Shown piece by piece: positions 1 to 9,872 of a stretch of 64,000 nucleotides of DNA (its first letter is position 1; each line of letters begins with the position of its first letter). Under the pieces are notes generated by a model. The model was not told where the DNA came from. It worked only from the letters and a program-made list of their open reading frames with translations, and ran no database searches. The translations under genes and the position numbers were made by a program. Source of the stretch: a virus; IMG/VR virus record IMGVR_UViG_3300017971_004694; one strand, given 5' to 3'.

Positions 1-109
1 CACCTGGTTGTGGAAAGCCCGGAATACCGAGAGCATCGCCAAACTCACCGAGGATGCTTTGCGTAGTTGGATTGGATAGGTCAGCTTGCGTGGATAAAAT
101 AATCGCCAT
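1..109 (-). CDS. Partial gene (5' end only, MAIILSTQADLSNPTTQSILGEFG...), probably a baseplate protein; runs off the left edge
   Basis: ATG at 109 directly after the TAA of 112..948; frame open to the window edge; position downstream of the tape measure gene. Confidence 0.55.
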   Translation of the reverse strand, partial: MAIILSTQADLSNPTTQSILGEFGDALGIPGFPQPG

Positions 110-111
110 TT

Positions 112-948
112 TTATTCTTTTTCCCCTTTAAAATTGAGCGGCGTGCTTGCGGTGTCTGCCTTATTATAACCAGTTGGATTTCCAGAGGCTGCCTCGAAAG
201 TGGCCGGTGAACGGTGCCATGGCATGAAGTTGCTTCTGACTCCTCTTCTGTCAGTTACTATAAATTCCATAGTGTAGTTAAACACTCCCACTCCATTTGA
301 AACTTCCTCTCTAACTTCAAATGATTGAAAATATCCCTTAAATATCCAGCCCTGAAAATATAGCTCCACGGCGACAGCCAGGGAGCCAAGTGTGGGAAGC
401 AGTGGTGGATTTGCTGAACCACCGGTCAGAGTGCTTAGTAAAGTGCTTCCTACAGCGCCTATGCTCCCTTGGTTGGCATCCTGAATAAGACCACTGATAA
501 AACCTCCGGTAGTGACTTCGTTAAGCCTATCAGCTAGAGTTTTTTCTACTTGTTGGAAAGCATCTTGTTCAGCCCTATATACTTTGCGCAGAACATTAAT
601 GCCTTCGATTCCAGAGGCCCCAGTGCTCCCACCAATAGAAACAGTAATAAGTTCCTCTCCCCAATACTGTATGACGTAGCCACCCTTTGTTCTCTGCTTT
701 TGAATTACCTTGGCTCCTCTAATATTCATATTCTGCGGGTTGATATACATATCCACAAAGCCCAGACCAGGCACTCGCCAACGAATAAGTTGCCGATTTC
801 TTCTACCCAAAGGGGTTAGTGGGTTGGAGCTGATAATATCTGGAACTCTTGCTGGCCCCTCTCTAGATACGGGGTCTCTAAGCTCTTTGTTGTTTAGTGG
901 GTCGGCTGACGGATCATTTTGAACCTTGTTGAAAATATCCCTTACCAT
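112..948 (-). CDS. Putative tail-tube initiator / baseplate-proximal protein
   Basis: 278-aa ORF abutting the tape measure stop; MYINPQ...QRTKGGYVIQYWGEEL pattern resembles tube-fold proteins that follow the TMP in large myoviruses; mainly synteny. Confidence 0.55.
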   Translation of the reverse strand: MVRDIFNKVQNDPSADPLNNKELRDPVSREGPARVPDIISSNPLTPLGRRNRQLIRWRVPGLGFVDMYINPQNMNIRGAKVIQKQRTKGGYVIQYWGEELITVSIGGSTGASGIEGINVLRKVYRAEQDAFQQVEKTLADRLNEVTTGGFISGLIQDANQGSIGAVGSTLLSTLTGGSANPPLLPTLGSLAVAVELYFQGWIFKGYFQSFEVREEVSNGVGVFNYTMEFIVTDRRGVRSNFMPWHRSPATFEAASGNPTGYNKADTASTPLNFKGEKE

Positions 949-3051
949 TTACTCCTGCCTCCCTAAAGTCATTTTGTAGGACTGTTCTTGAATCTGCTGC
1001 GCTCCCTCACCACCAATAATTCTAATAAGGAGAGTATTGGTAGTTCCTCCAGCTTCCTCGGTTGTAGGAGGTGTTGCACTTGGGCCGCCACGAGCAGCTG
1101 CGCCAGTAGGACGTGTCTGCACCTCCAGCCAGTTTTCAAATGAAATATCTTTAATTTGCTGGAGCAGCCGAATTTTTCTCGCATCGCCAGAGCGAACCGT
1201 GGTTGTTAATGCTCTAAATGTAGGTGCTGCTGGGGCTCTTCCCGCAACTCTGGCTCTTAATGTTGGTCTTCTTGGGGCTCTTTGAGCTGCTCTGGCTCTT
1301 AATGTAGGTCTTGCTGGGGCTCTTTGAGCCGCTCTTCTTGTGGCTCCTGGCACTCCTGGGCCTTCTCTTATGCCTCTCATAACTCTTCTAAAGGAATCAG
1401 TTATGCTCTCTCGTGGTCTAGCCACTCGTGTAGGAAGCGCCCTTCTAGGAAAAGCTGGAACATCACGACCAATCAATCTTGTCAGTCCAGACATCCACAT
1501 GCCAGTTTGTCTTAAGCTCCTGCCAGTCTCCGTTTCTGCTGCACCTCGGGCTATTTGTCCCATGCCTGTTACTCTGTCAGGTTGCTCACGAAGCGCCTCA
1601 TCTATTTTTTCGATACCCTCGTCCATGCCCTCTCCGCCAACCATAGCTCTTAGATGCTGCTCCATGCGTTGTAGGGTTGTAAGCGACCTTTCCTGAATGC
1701 TTTTGCCAGTATCAAATGCTCTTTTCATAGCGTCAGTGCCTTCCACTTGAGACATGCCGCCACTCTGCACTTTGTTCAATACTTCAAGTATTCTATTTTG
1801 CTGCTCAGCAGTTCCCTGAATTCCAAGCTTACCAAGCATCTGCCTCTGCAAAAGGAACTGTTGCTCCATGCCAGGCTGCCTTACTGCTTGCTCCAGAGTA
1901 ATAATTCTACCTCCACCAAACCTAGAAAGAGTTCGCGTCAGGTCTTGAAGCTGCCTATTCATTCCACCAGGCTGCCTCATCTCAAGCTCCATCCTTAATG
2001 CACCGGCCAAGGCTCCTCGTCCACCACCTCTGCCGCCCATCATTGAAACAAACGCACGTTGCTGGACGCTCATTTTTGCTATTCCGCTGGTTACTTGGTT
2101 TACTATACCACCGATTTCTTTGATTGGAACACCACCACTTCTCAAAGCAGTCGTGAAGGTTCGCCATACAGTAGCCGCGCTTGCAGCACCTCTGCCAAAA
2201 ATAGCTAGGCTGTTGCTAGCTCGCATTATCTGTTCAGTGGCTGTCTTCGTATCCACTCCAGTATCTTCCGCCGCAGCAGCCATTTTCCCCATTGCTCTAA
2301 CAGTTTCGGGGATTCTTTGACCAAAATTTGTCCAGGATCTTGCGGCCATACGACCAGCTTCGCTAGAACTGAAGCCCATGCCTCTCATAGCAGTTGCTAG
2401 AACTGCTGTAGGTTGAACTGATGCTGTAGCTATACTTCCAAGCTCTTTAAACTCGCCTCTAGTCGCTATTAGAGCCCCTGGAACTATCCTGGCTTGTTTG
2501 TTCATATCGTCTAGCTGTTTGGTGGTAATCCCAAAAGCCGAGGCCATTCTACGCAGAGTTTGAGGATATGGGGTCGCTGCCGCCATGGTGTCTTTCACAG
2601 TTCCACCAAACAAGGCTGAAGCCTCACGGGCAGTCATCTGGGCTGTGCGCAGAGCCAATATAGCTTGGTTTGCTGGACCCAACACTTTTCCATAATTACC
2701 AAGTGTTCCCAATGGATCAGCTAATCGTCGGCCAAGCTGAGTAGTCATTCCGAGGACGGGAACGATATTGCCAACCAACCTCTTGAACATACCTCCAACA
2801 GCATCGCCCACACCCTGCAAAGGACCAAGACTTGTAGTGAGACTGGAGGCGACTCTATTACTCGCCGCCAAAGCCTGGTTTGTCCCAGCAGCGGCTTGGG
2901 CAGTCCCACCAAAAGCAGTGCTCAAGCCACCAAAGGCTATTCCCAACTCGGCAGCTTTGGCCTTCAGATCGTCCATGGTAATCAAACCACTTTGAAGATC
3001 TGTAAGCGCCTGCTTCATTTCAGCTATTTTGGTGGGATCAATTTCAGCCAT
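949..3051 (-). CDS. Tail tape measure protein
   Basis: 700 aa, Ala/Gly/Met-rich and helical, directly after the frameshifted chaperone pair; Arg/Ala/Pro repeats near the C-terminus. Confidence 0.8.
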   Translation of the reverse strand: MAEIDPTKIAEMKQALTDLQSGLITMDDLKAKAAELGIAFGGLSTAFGGTAQAAAGTNQALAASNRVASSLTTSLGPLQGVGDAVGGMFKRLVGNIVPVLGMTTQLGRRLADPLGTLGNYGKVLGPANQAILALRTAQMTAREASALFGGTVKDTMAAATPYPQTLRRMASAFGITTKQLDDMNKQARIVPGALIATRGEFKELGSIATASVQPTAVLATAMRGMGFSSSEAGRMAARSWTNFGQRIPETVRAMGKMAAAAEDTGVDTKTATEQIMRASNSLAIFGRGAASAATVWRTFTTALRSGGVPIKEIGGIVNQVTSGIAKMSVQQRAFVSMMGGRGGGRGALAGALRMELEMRQPGGMNRQLQDLTRTLSRFGGGRIITLEQAVRQPGMEQQFLLQRQMLGKLGIQGTAEQQNRILEVLNKVQSGGMSQVEGTDAMKRAFDTGKSIQERSLTTLQRMEQHLRAMVGGEGMDEGIEKIDEALREQPDRVTGMGQIARGAAETETGRSLRQTGMWMSGLTRLIGRDVPAFPRRALPTRVARPRESITDSFRRVMRGIREGPGVPGATRRAAQRAPARPTLRARAAQRAPRRPTLRARVAGRAPAAPTFRALTTTVRSGDARKIRLLQQIKDISFENWLEVQTRPTGAAARGGPSATPPTTEEAGGTTNTLLIRIIGGEGAQQIQEQSYKMTLGRQE

Positions 3052-3063
3052 TTACTAGAAACC

Positions 3064-3477
3064 TCACATAGGAGTAAATTTAATATCGTCCAAATCCATA
3101 TTCAAATAAGGATTAAGCTTCAATCTTTCCTGTTCTTTCAGCAATTCCACAGGATCCATTTCCTGTCTATCTTCTTCTCCGGGAAGTTCTCTGCCAAACA
3201 TTTGCTTAACTATGTGGCCGAAGTCTTCGTCTCCTGTCTTGTATGTATTATCTCTTGCGTCCCTTACTTCTTGGACACCTTCAGGATTGGAGAACATAGC
3301 GTTATATTCAGCAACGTCCCTCATAAACTCGTGCTTTTCTTTTTGGTCTTCAATAACCTGAGCCTGATACCAAGCCCATTGACTTTCGTTAATGTCTCTA
3401 AACATTTCGTGATCTACAGGCACCCGAAACGTTTTGCACAGTTGCCACCGGAGCCGGTGCCATTGCTCCGTGGCTAG
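3064..3477 (-). CDS. Tail assembly chaperone, C-terminal -1 frame extension (lambda gpGT-like)
   Basis: The -1 frame from A AAA AAC reads KKLATEQWHRLRWQLCKTFRVPVDHEMF... and runs into ORF 3064..3423 with no stop. Confidence 0.8.
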   Translation of the reverse strand, partial: LATEQWHRLRWQLCKTFRVPVDHEMFRDINESQWAWYQAQVIEDQKEKHEFMRDVAEYNAMFSNPEGVQEVRDARDNTYKTGDEDFGHIVKQMFGRELPGEEDRQEMDPVELLKEQERLKLNPYLNMDLDDIKFTPM

Positions 3478-3483
3478 TTTTTT
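3444..3483 (-). other. Programmed -1 ribosomal frameshift signal: slippery heptamer A AAA AAC (3483-3477) plus downstream hairpin
   Basis: GTA AAA AAC TAG ends the upstream ORF; followed by CCACGGAGC-N10-GCTCCGGTGG stem-loop. Confidence 0.8.
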
Positions 3484-3932
3484 ACTTCTTCCGCAGCATA
3501 TTGTTCATCGCACCGTTTGGTAATTTCATCATAAAATTCGATCAATTTTCCAAGAACGGGACTCTGCATGCTAGCGAGTATCTCCATTTTCTTAGTGATG
3601 GGATCCCCTTCTGGCTCGGGATGCATGGTTTCCAAAGAAACACCATTAGCAGATATTATTGAGCTTGCCAACACCCTAATGTTAAACTCAAATAGTTCTT
3701 TAGCGTCTGGAGTTTCTTTATTCAATAGAATCTGAGAAATATCCAGTTTCTCTTTCTCACCAAGACTCCTCATAACAAAGGTCGTCCCGGCAATCTCTAC
3801 CGAATCTTTTACACACCCCAGCTCAATAAGAGATCTGAGGTCAGCCACTCTGGGCTCCTCTTTTGGTTCTTCTTTCTTTTGTGCTTGGCTTGGATTGGAA
3901 TTTCCAAAGACATTGTGCTTCAAATCTGTCAT
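3474..3932 (-). CDS. Tail assembly chaperone (gpG-like)
   Basis: 152 aa, between tail tube and tape measure genes; ends in a canonical slippery site. Confidence 0.8.
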   Translation of the reverse strand: MTDLKHNVFGNSNPSQAQKKEEPKEEPRVADLRSLIELGCVKDSVEIAGTTFVMRSLGEKEKLDISQILLNKETPDAKELFEFNIRVLASSIISANGVSLETMHPEPEGDPITKKMEILASMQSPVLGKLIEFYDEITKRCDEQYAAEEVKN

Positions 3933-4028
3933 TACACACCTCTTCTAGTATTTGCCGAACGGCAGGTTATATTGTGAATCAAATAACATAAAGGTAGGAT
4001 AGTTTTCATCTTAGGTTTAAAGGGAGGG

Positions 4029-4058
4029 AAAACGGCGGGGAGAAAAATCTCCCCGCCG
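4029..4058 (-). terminator. Rho-independent terminator after the tail tube genes
   Basis: Perfect 11-bp stem CGGCGGGGAGA/TCTCCCCGCCG, 4-nt loop, followed by TTTT on the minus strand. Confidence 0.8.
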
Positions 4059-4073
4059 GATACTAACACATTC

Positions 4074-4709
4074 TTACGCGTTTTCTGTAAATGTCTGGTT
4101 AATCAGGTCGGCAACATCCAGAGTTCCTCTGAATCCGCCACCACCACCGGAACCACCGGAGCCACGGTCAGTAGCACGCTCACGTTCGTTAATCTGGAAG
4201 TTAATCCCACGAGCGCCGCCCTGAGCAGCGTTGGCCTCACTGCCACCAACGGTAGAGATAATGTCTTCACAGTATATAGTGGCCTCTTCTTGAATGATGT
4301 AGTTCTCAGATCTATAAGCTGGGTTGTAACTGTTAAACCAGCAGTTGACCAACTTATGTGTTACAGCTCCCTCATTTTCACCATTCGTTCTGTCGATGAT
4401 TTCAATATCGAACGGAACGAGCTGAGATTTAATGTTGATGAAACCCCTGGCAAAAGCCTCAGGTAGCCTTAGTCTATCGAACACAATACGAGTCACTCTA
4501 ACCTCATATGTAGTGGCCTGGTTGGGGACAAGTTCCAAGACGCCATCGAGTCCAACTTCTCTAACTCTCTCTATGTTTCTAGTTTGAGTGATAGCTAGAT
4601 TTTGGATTGCTCCAACAGTCTCAGTCCCAACCTTTACGATTATTTGAGTGCTCAGGCCTGTGCTAATGCTACTGGTTAGCGTTGAACCTGAAGTTGGGTA
4701 GGTAGCCAT
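4074..4709 (-). CDS. Tail tube protein (paralogue 1)
   Basis: 211 aa; IIVKVG..VGAIQ..ITQTR.IERVREVG pattern of myovirus tube proteins; follows the sheath; has its own terminator. Confidence 0.8.
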   Translation of the reverse strand: MATYPTSGSTLTSSISTGLSTQIIVKVGTETVGAIQNLAITQTRNIERVREVGLDGVLELVPNQATTYEVRVTRIVFDRLRLPEAFARGFINIKSQLVPFDIEIIDRTNGENEGAVTHKLVNCWFNSYNPAYRSENYIIQEEATIYCEDIISTVGGSEANAAQGGARGINFQINERERATDRGSGGSGGGGGFRGTLDVADLINQTFTENA

Positions 4710-4736
4710 ATTATTTGTTCCTCCAAAGAGTTTTTA

Positions 4737-5363
4737 TTATGATAAACTTCCACCGAGTCCAGAATTGATCATATCGGTAAACGACATACCGGCAGAGTCA
4801 AGCCTTCCTCTTATGCCCTTAACGTCTGTATTTCTTTCAATTGTATCTAGATCAAATGCTATGCCGCGCTTTCCACCTTGAGCTGCGCTTATAGCACCTC
4901 TCATTGTCGTAATATATTCACAAGCTAAATCAGACTGTTCCATGATGAGAAAGTTTTCTGATCTAAATGTGGGGTTATAGGTTTTGAACCAACAGTTATT
5001 TAGCGTGTGGACAATGGCATCACCAATCCCTAGACTATCGCTTCTGTCTATAATATCGATATTGAAAGGTATTCTTTGAGATTGAATATTGATAAACCCT
5101 CTGGCAAAAGCTTCTGTTATTCTTAGACCATCAAACACAAGTCTTTGTACTTGAACACTAATCTTAGCCGCTCCCTTGGGGTGAATCTCAATAACACCAT
5201 CCGTCCCAATTTCCTCCCAGGTGTGCATTTCCCTATTTTGCTGAATGCTCAGGGATTGAACTGCGCCCACCGTGGTCGTGCCCACCTTTATTGTTATTTG
5301 GGTGGACAGACCACTTTGGATCTCCGGGACTAAGAAACTTCCAGAATTGGGATAAGTCGCCAT
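4737..5363 (-). CDS. Tail tube protein (paralogue 2)
   Basis: 208 aa, collinear with 4074..4709 (MATYP.SGS, GLSTQI..KVG, EAFARGFINI.SQ..PF.I.IIDR, H.L.NCWF..YNP). Confidence 0.8.
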   Translation of the reverse strand: MATYPNSGSFLVPEIQSGLSTQITIKVGTTTVGAVQSLSIQQNREMHTWEEIGTDGVIEIHPKGAAKISVQVQRLVFDGLRITEAFARGFINIQSQRIPFNIDIIDRSDSLGIGDAIVHTLNNCWFKTYNPTFRSENFLIMEQSDLACEYITTMRGAISAAQGGKRGIAFDLDTIERNTDVKGIRGRLDSAGMSFTDMINSGLGGSLS

Positions 5364-5377
5364 ACACTATTACTCCA

Positions 5378-7924
5378 TTAGAACAGGCCCACCGAGATGT
5401 CGATGAAGATCCAGTTTACTGGGTAGTTAGGCTGCACTTCAACCACGATGTTCCATTGTCTTGGTTCCACCTCATCCCGACCAACGGAAAGGTTCCTATA
5501 AGCCGTGATGTAGTTCTGTGAAACGAAGGCGTTAAGCAATCCCAGAGCCCTTCAAGTAAGAGATGGAATAAGCGTTGGATCTTCGGGCTGGCCAATGAAC
5601 GCCTGGAAGCTACGACGCATCGTGCGAGCGATCTGGTCACGAATGAAGACAATCGACATTTCCTCTTCTTCCGGGAATCCGCTCTGCGTAGTAGTCTTAG
5701 CGTGTTGCACTCTTGCGCCGCCAGCGACTGGCTGAAGCACTGCAATACCAGCATCGCCTAGCTTGTTAAGTTGATTTTCTGTAAATAGTTTGTCATTAAG
5801 AATTGTAAAGCCTACAAGTGTCTTGTAGGTTAGTGGCATAGCTATGTTAGGCTCACCAGCAACTCTACCACCTGCGGCAGCAGCGATGTAATAACCAGGC
5901 AACGTAGTGCGTGAACCACTGATTACCTTGACAATTTCATCGGGATAGAAATACATTACCCTAAATGAATCTCCAAATGCATCAGCTACGCCGTAGTTTG
6001 CAAGGTCTTCAATGTTGGAATCCAAGATTTCCTCTGGATCATCTCCCTGAATCCCCTCAAGAATTCCAATATCCTCAGGCGCGGCAAGTTCGTTTCCAAG
6101 CACTTGCTCGACAGTTAGGGTTTCTAAAGATCCCGTAAACAACAGCCTCTCCCTTCTGTAATAGGTTGAAGACATGCGGTCTACGTGAACTCTAAATGCC
6201 TGTGTGATTGCAGAGAAAGTCTGTGCTGGAAGTGGAACAAGAATCTGTGCATCAACGGTTTCCAGAGTTTCCAACAATTCTGACCAATTGGCATCAAAGA
6301 AATCAGCATCTTCTACGTCGATGTAAGTAATTCTTAAGCCTCGTCCTGCTGCTAGAGCCAAGTCAGTCGTGAACAGAACTCTCTGTGAAGTGTCGCTTGG
6401 TGTGATAAGCTGCCATTTCAGATTGCTTTCCGTAGCAAAAGAACCTGCAGTTCTTTGAATCACTACAGTTGTGGTGTCCGTAACAGAAATAATATCGAAT
6501 CTTCCGGTGTTTGCCGCGAGCGCATTCACCAAGTCGATCTGTCTGTTGTTGGTTACATCTGCCTGAGTGAAGTTCCCAGACAAGCTAGTGAAAGTGGCTG
6601 TGGATCCGACTCCGATAGGAGCAAGAGCACCATCGGTAGAGGTCTGAATAATTCTATCGTCGGAAACTACCGTGTAGCTAAATGGATTACCACTTTGACC
6701 AGGATCCATGAACCGCGCCATTAGAAGCGTTGAGCTTCCCGTTTCCTCATAGTTCGAGAAAGCCGCTGTAATATCAGCGTCATAGAAAGTAACCTTGTTT
6801 GGGAAGATCTGATCTTCACTTCCGTCAGTGTTAATCATGAAGAAGTGAACTTCTGTATCTGTGTCTGGAAATCCAGGAGCCGTGATTGCGAAAATCAAAT
6901 CCTCCGCATTGGCATTACCAGTTGCCCCACCCTGGCCAGTAACACTATTAAGTGCTGGGAGAACAATTTCGGAGGTTCTCCTTGGGAGCGGAGGTTTGGC
7001 TTGCACAGCTAAAACTTCTGTTGCTCCATTCTCAAAGGCCATTTGGGCACCTAAGGATAAGGCATTATCCTCACTTGGATTTCCGTGTTTTTCAAATAGT
7101 TTCTGTGGATCGGTGAAAGTTTCGGGGTCATTGATGTCTAGAGTCGCAATGTAGCGAGCTTCTAGCTGATCTCCCACTTGTAAAACACGACTCTGTACTT
7201 GGATGGTGAATTTATCTCCAACATCAAATGGCTGGCCCGGAGCCGGGTTAAAAATAGCGAAGGAAATTATGCCGTTGCTTACGGCTGTGCCATCGCTTTT
7301 CCACAGATAGGGCTGGCCATATTCATCAAGAATTTGACCGCTTGTGGTTCCACTGACTGAGAAAGTGGCTTGGCCGCGTCTTGGAGCGCCGTAGCTGTCC
7401 CTGAGGACGCTAGAGCAGCGAACCGTCCAAGTTTCACCAGGGGCATTACTGTCTATTAGGGTTGGGGTGGAAAGATAACCATCACCAACATTAGTAGATG
7501 CCGCTGAATAGTACTGGCCTCCAAGGTCTACCAACGAAGCGCTTTGAAGCTCAATCTCTCCTGTGGTTGGATCAAGTTTAGCATCATACATGGTTGAGAA
7601 GCTCGATCCATCAATTGTTCCTTCAATGATTCTCAATTCAGCGCTGTTTAGAAGCAGAGTAGATCTATTTTCAACCAAGGGGTAGGTCGCAGTACGGAAG
7701 AACCGCCCGTAACCTTCGGTAGGCGTGGTGCTGAAAGTTGGATCAAACCCGTCAGTTCCATCACCAACGGCAGAATCAACAATCACTTCCTCACGTCTTC
7801 CTTCACCTTGTATGCTCAATATTCTAAGCCCGCCTGGGATAGAAACAGCACGAGTTAGAGTTCTCACTCTTGTTCTAACAGAAGGCTGAACATAGCCAAC
7901 AATTCCGGGGATATTAGGACTCAT
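5378..7924 (-). CDS. Contractile tail sheath protein, interrupted by an in-frame TGA at 5552-5554
   Basis: Start ATG 7924 (MSPNIPG) with GGAGG RBS; sheath features (LFEKHG.P...LSLGAQMAFENGA; MSIVFIRDQIARTMR); 57 more in-frame codons after the TGA (RALGLLNAF...VEVQPNYPVNWIFIDISVGLF) match the usual sheath C-terminus and fill the gap to the tube gene. Confidence 0.85.
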
Positions 7925-7971
7925 TATACAATCCTCCAAAGATATTATATATCCTTTCAGGAATATGTTTG

Positions 7972-7984
7972 ATTATTGATAGAT
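7972..7984 (-). promoter_or_regulatory. Late-promoter-like motif ATCTATCAATAAT upstream of the sheath gene
   Basis: One of 8 intergenic copies of consensus A(T/A/G)CTA(T/C)(C/T)AATA(A/T)(T/C), all oriented toward a minus-strand gene. Confidence 0.65.
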
Positions 7985-8072
7985 ATTGGAATATCAACCG
8001 CTTATGGTATATCGGGCAATAAAAGAATTGTTGTTTACTATCAATATAAATTCATTTTGTTGGAGGTGAAAG

Positions 8073-8573
8073 ATGCCGGTGTGTAAAAATTGTGATGAGA
8101 AATTTCCTAATAAAATCAAAGAGAATGGGCATACATACAGCCTGGCAGGCAGGAAGTTCTGCCCCAAATGTAGCCCAATAGGTGGTAGAAACACACGTAC
8201 TTACATAATTGAAGTTGAGGAGGGAAAGGCATTTTGTGCGCGATGCCAAGACATCAAGAGCATAAAGGAGTTCTATATCCGCAAAGAAAACGGCAAACCT
8301 TTCTCATACTGCCGAAAATGCCAAAAAGAAATTAAAGACTTGAAATTACAAGAGAAACTTGATAGAATAATAGAAGAAAGAAGCGGCGCGTGCTGCGATT
8401 GCGGCACCATGCTGCCTCCACCCATTTATGAGTTCTACAAAGATGGAAAGACATATCATATCAGTAGGGCGAAAAATATGTCTCTACAAAAGCTTAAGGA
8501 AGAATTAAGAGATCACTTGATGCTCTGTAAGAACTGTTGTGCGCTTAGAAAATGGGAATTAGGGAATGGGTAA
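8073..8573 (+). CDS. Zn-ribbon / HNH-endonuclease-like protein, probably degenerate; only convincing plus-strand gene
   Basis: GGAGG RBS; several CxxC pairs; C-terminus ELRDHLMLCKNCC mimics the HNH ELxKCxLLCANCH motif, but the catalytic His positions are not evident. Confidence 0.6.
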   Translation: MPVCKNCDEKFPNKIKENGHTYSLAGRKFCPKCSPIGGRNTRTYIIEVEEGKAFCARCQDIKSIKEFYIRKENGKPFSYCRKCQKEIKDLKLQEKLDRIIEERSGACCDCGTMLPPPIYEFYKDGKTYHISRAKNMSLQKLKEELRDHLMLCKNCCALRKWELGNG

Positions 8574-9341
8574 GGTAAGCACGCCATCCTCAAACATAAG
8601 AACCGTCACATCCGTAGAAAATCTTGTCCCACCCAACAAGCCGTAATTGAAACAGAAATTGATTGTATCCGCTATGGCATTTGCGTCTACTGGAATCTCA
8701 CGACGCCATTCGCTATATGTATCAACTGTGATGCTCTGTAGATAGACCTTTTCATTGCCCCAATCCTCTTCTCTTTCGCCACCCATACTCACTTTGTTGA
8801 TGTGCAAGCCTGCCTCGTAAAGTGGCTGGCGTGCTGCTCCAATAAGGAAAGAAGAGACAATATCGGTAAGTTCTTCTCTATCGGGCGTGCTTTCCGCAGC
8901 TATTTGAACCTCAAAGCTTTGATTCCAAGCGCCCGCTATAACCTTATGAGTGGGAACTCTTACGAAAGAACGATTCCCATAACCATCCAAAACCAGATCT
9001 AACCTATATTTGTTTGTGAAGTTTTGGTTGAAGCTCACAGGATTGTATGTTCCAGATGAATGGCGAACCGTGACTGCTGGCCAAAATCTCTTGTCCAGGC
9101 GATAGATGTCCCCGATATACATGCGTGTGGTGCATTCGTTCTGAATATCTGGAGGTAAATCGGTGACGTTGGGCGTAAGCGGAAAGCCAAAGCCGTCTGA
9201 TGTATAGCGATACAGCGTGTCCTGCTTGAAGTGCTCGCGCAAGACATCTATGAGCAGATTCTTACCCTGAGAAACTGCTACTTGCCTTACAAAGTCTTCA
9301 AGAGCAAATAAATCGCTATAGACGCGATGACTAGTTGCCAT
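8559..9341 (-). CDS. Putative tail terminator / tail completion protein
   Basis: 260 aa immediately upstream of the sheath; IAAESTPDREELTDIV pattern; synteny. Confidence 0.55.
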   Translation of the reverse strand: MATSHRVYSDLFALEDFVRQVAVSQGKNLLIDVLREHFKQDTLYRYTSDGFGFPLTPNVTDLPPDIQNECTTRMYIGDIYRLDKRFWPAVTVRHSSGTYNPVSFNQNFTNKYRLDLVLDGYGNRSFVRVPTHKVIAGAWNQSFEVQIAAESTPDREELTDIVSSFLIGAARQPLYEAGLHINKVSMGGEREEDWGNEKVYLQSITVDTYSEWRREIPVDANAIADTINFCFNYGLLGGTRFSTDVTVLMFEDGVLTLPIP

Positions 9342-9352
9342 TTAGGATCTCC

Positions 9353-9862
9353 TTATATTTCAGGCTGAGAAACTCTGGTTATTGTCCCTGCCTGAACTGT
9401 GAAAGTGACATTGGCGTGTATCTCATCTTTCAAGTAATATTCCGCCGAGTATCTGCCCATTGGTAGAAAGGCCATCCACTCTCCCGCCCGATTCGTCTTC
9501 GTCTTCTTAACCACTTGATTCTTATCATCATATACGGTGATGTTCACCCCACCACGCATGCGCCCACTCTGGTCTTTGATTTTGCCTACAGCTTTGTGAG
9601 TCGTCTTCTTGCTTACTTCCTCCCCAACTTGTTGCTGGGGTTTGATCTGTGGTTGTGCTTTTGGAGTCACTCGTGGCTTTAGCGATGGGAGAGCCACTTG
9701 TGGCTGGGGTTCAGGCTTCGCCTCGCCGCTTGGCGGCGCGAAGCCGTTGGCCCTGTTAAGTAGCTCCTTCATCATCTGCTCTATGATTACATATCTTCTG
9801 TCAAGCAACTCAACTTTCTCAAGCAGCTCTTCTATCATTTCTATTCCTGATCTTTCTATCAT
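9353..9862 (-). CDS. Hypothetical protein: coiled coil, Pro/Gln linker and carboxypeptidase-regulatory-like beta-sandwich
   Basis: C-terminal GKIKDQSG...GVNITVYD...TKTNRAGEW...LPMGRYS pattern; GGAG RBS. Confidence 0.55.
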   Translation of the reverse strand: MIERSGIEMIEELLEKVELLDRRYVIIEQMMKELLNRANGFAPPSGEAKPEPQPQVALPSLKPRVTPKAQPQIKPQQQVGEEVSKKTTHKAVGKIKDQSGRMRGGVNITVYDDKNQVVKKTKTNRAGEWMAFLPMGRYSAEYYLKDEIHANVTFTVQAGTITRVSQPEI

Positions 9863-9872
9863 TATTTCTCCT

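Noticed and set aside
5552-5554. Genome-wide TGA reassignment (genetic code 4 or 25) or selenocysteine at the sheath TGA
   Set aside because: TGA ends several genes with ATGA coupling (24054, 51731) or overlaps the next RBS (17483, 21476). The site is non-catalytic, and only a weak hairpin follows, with no convincing SECIS.
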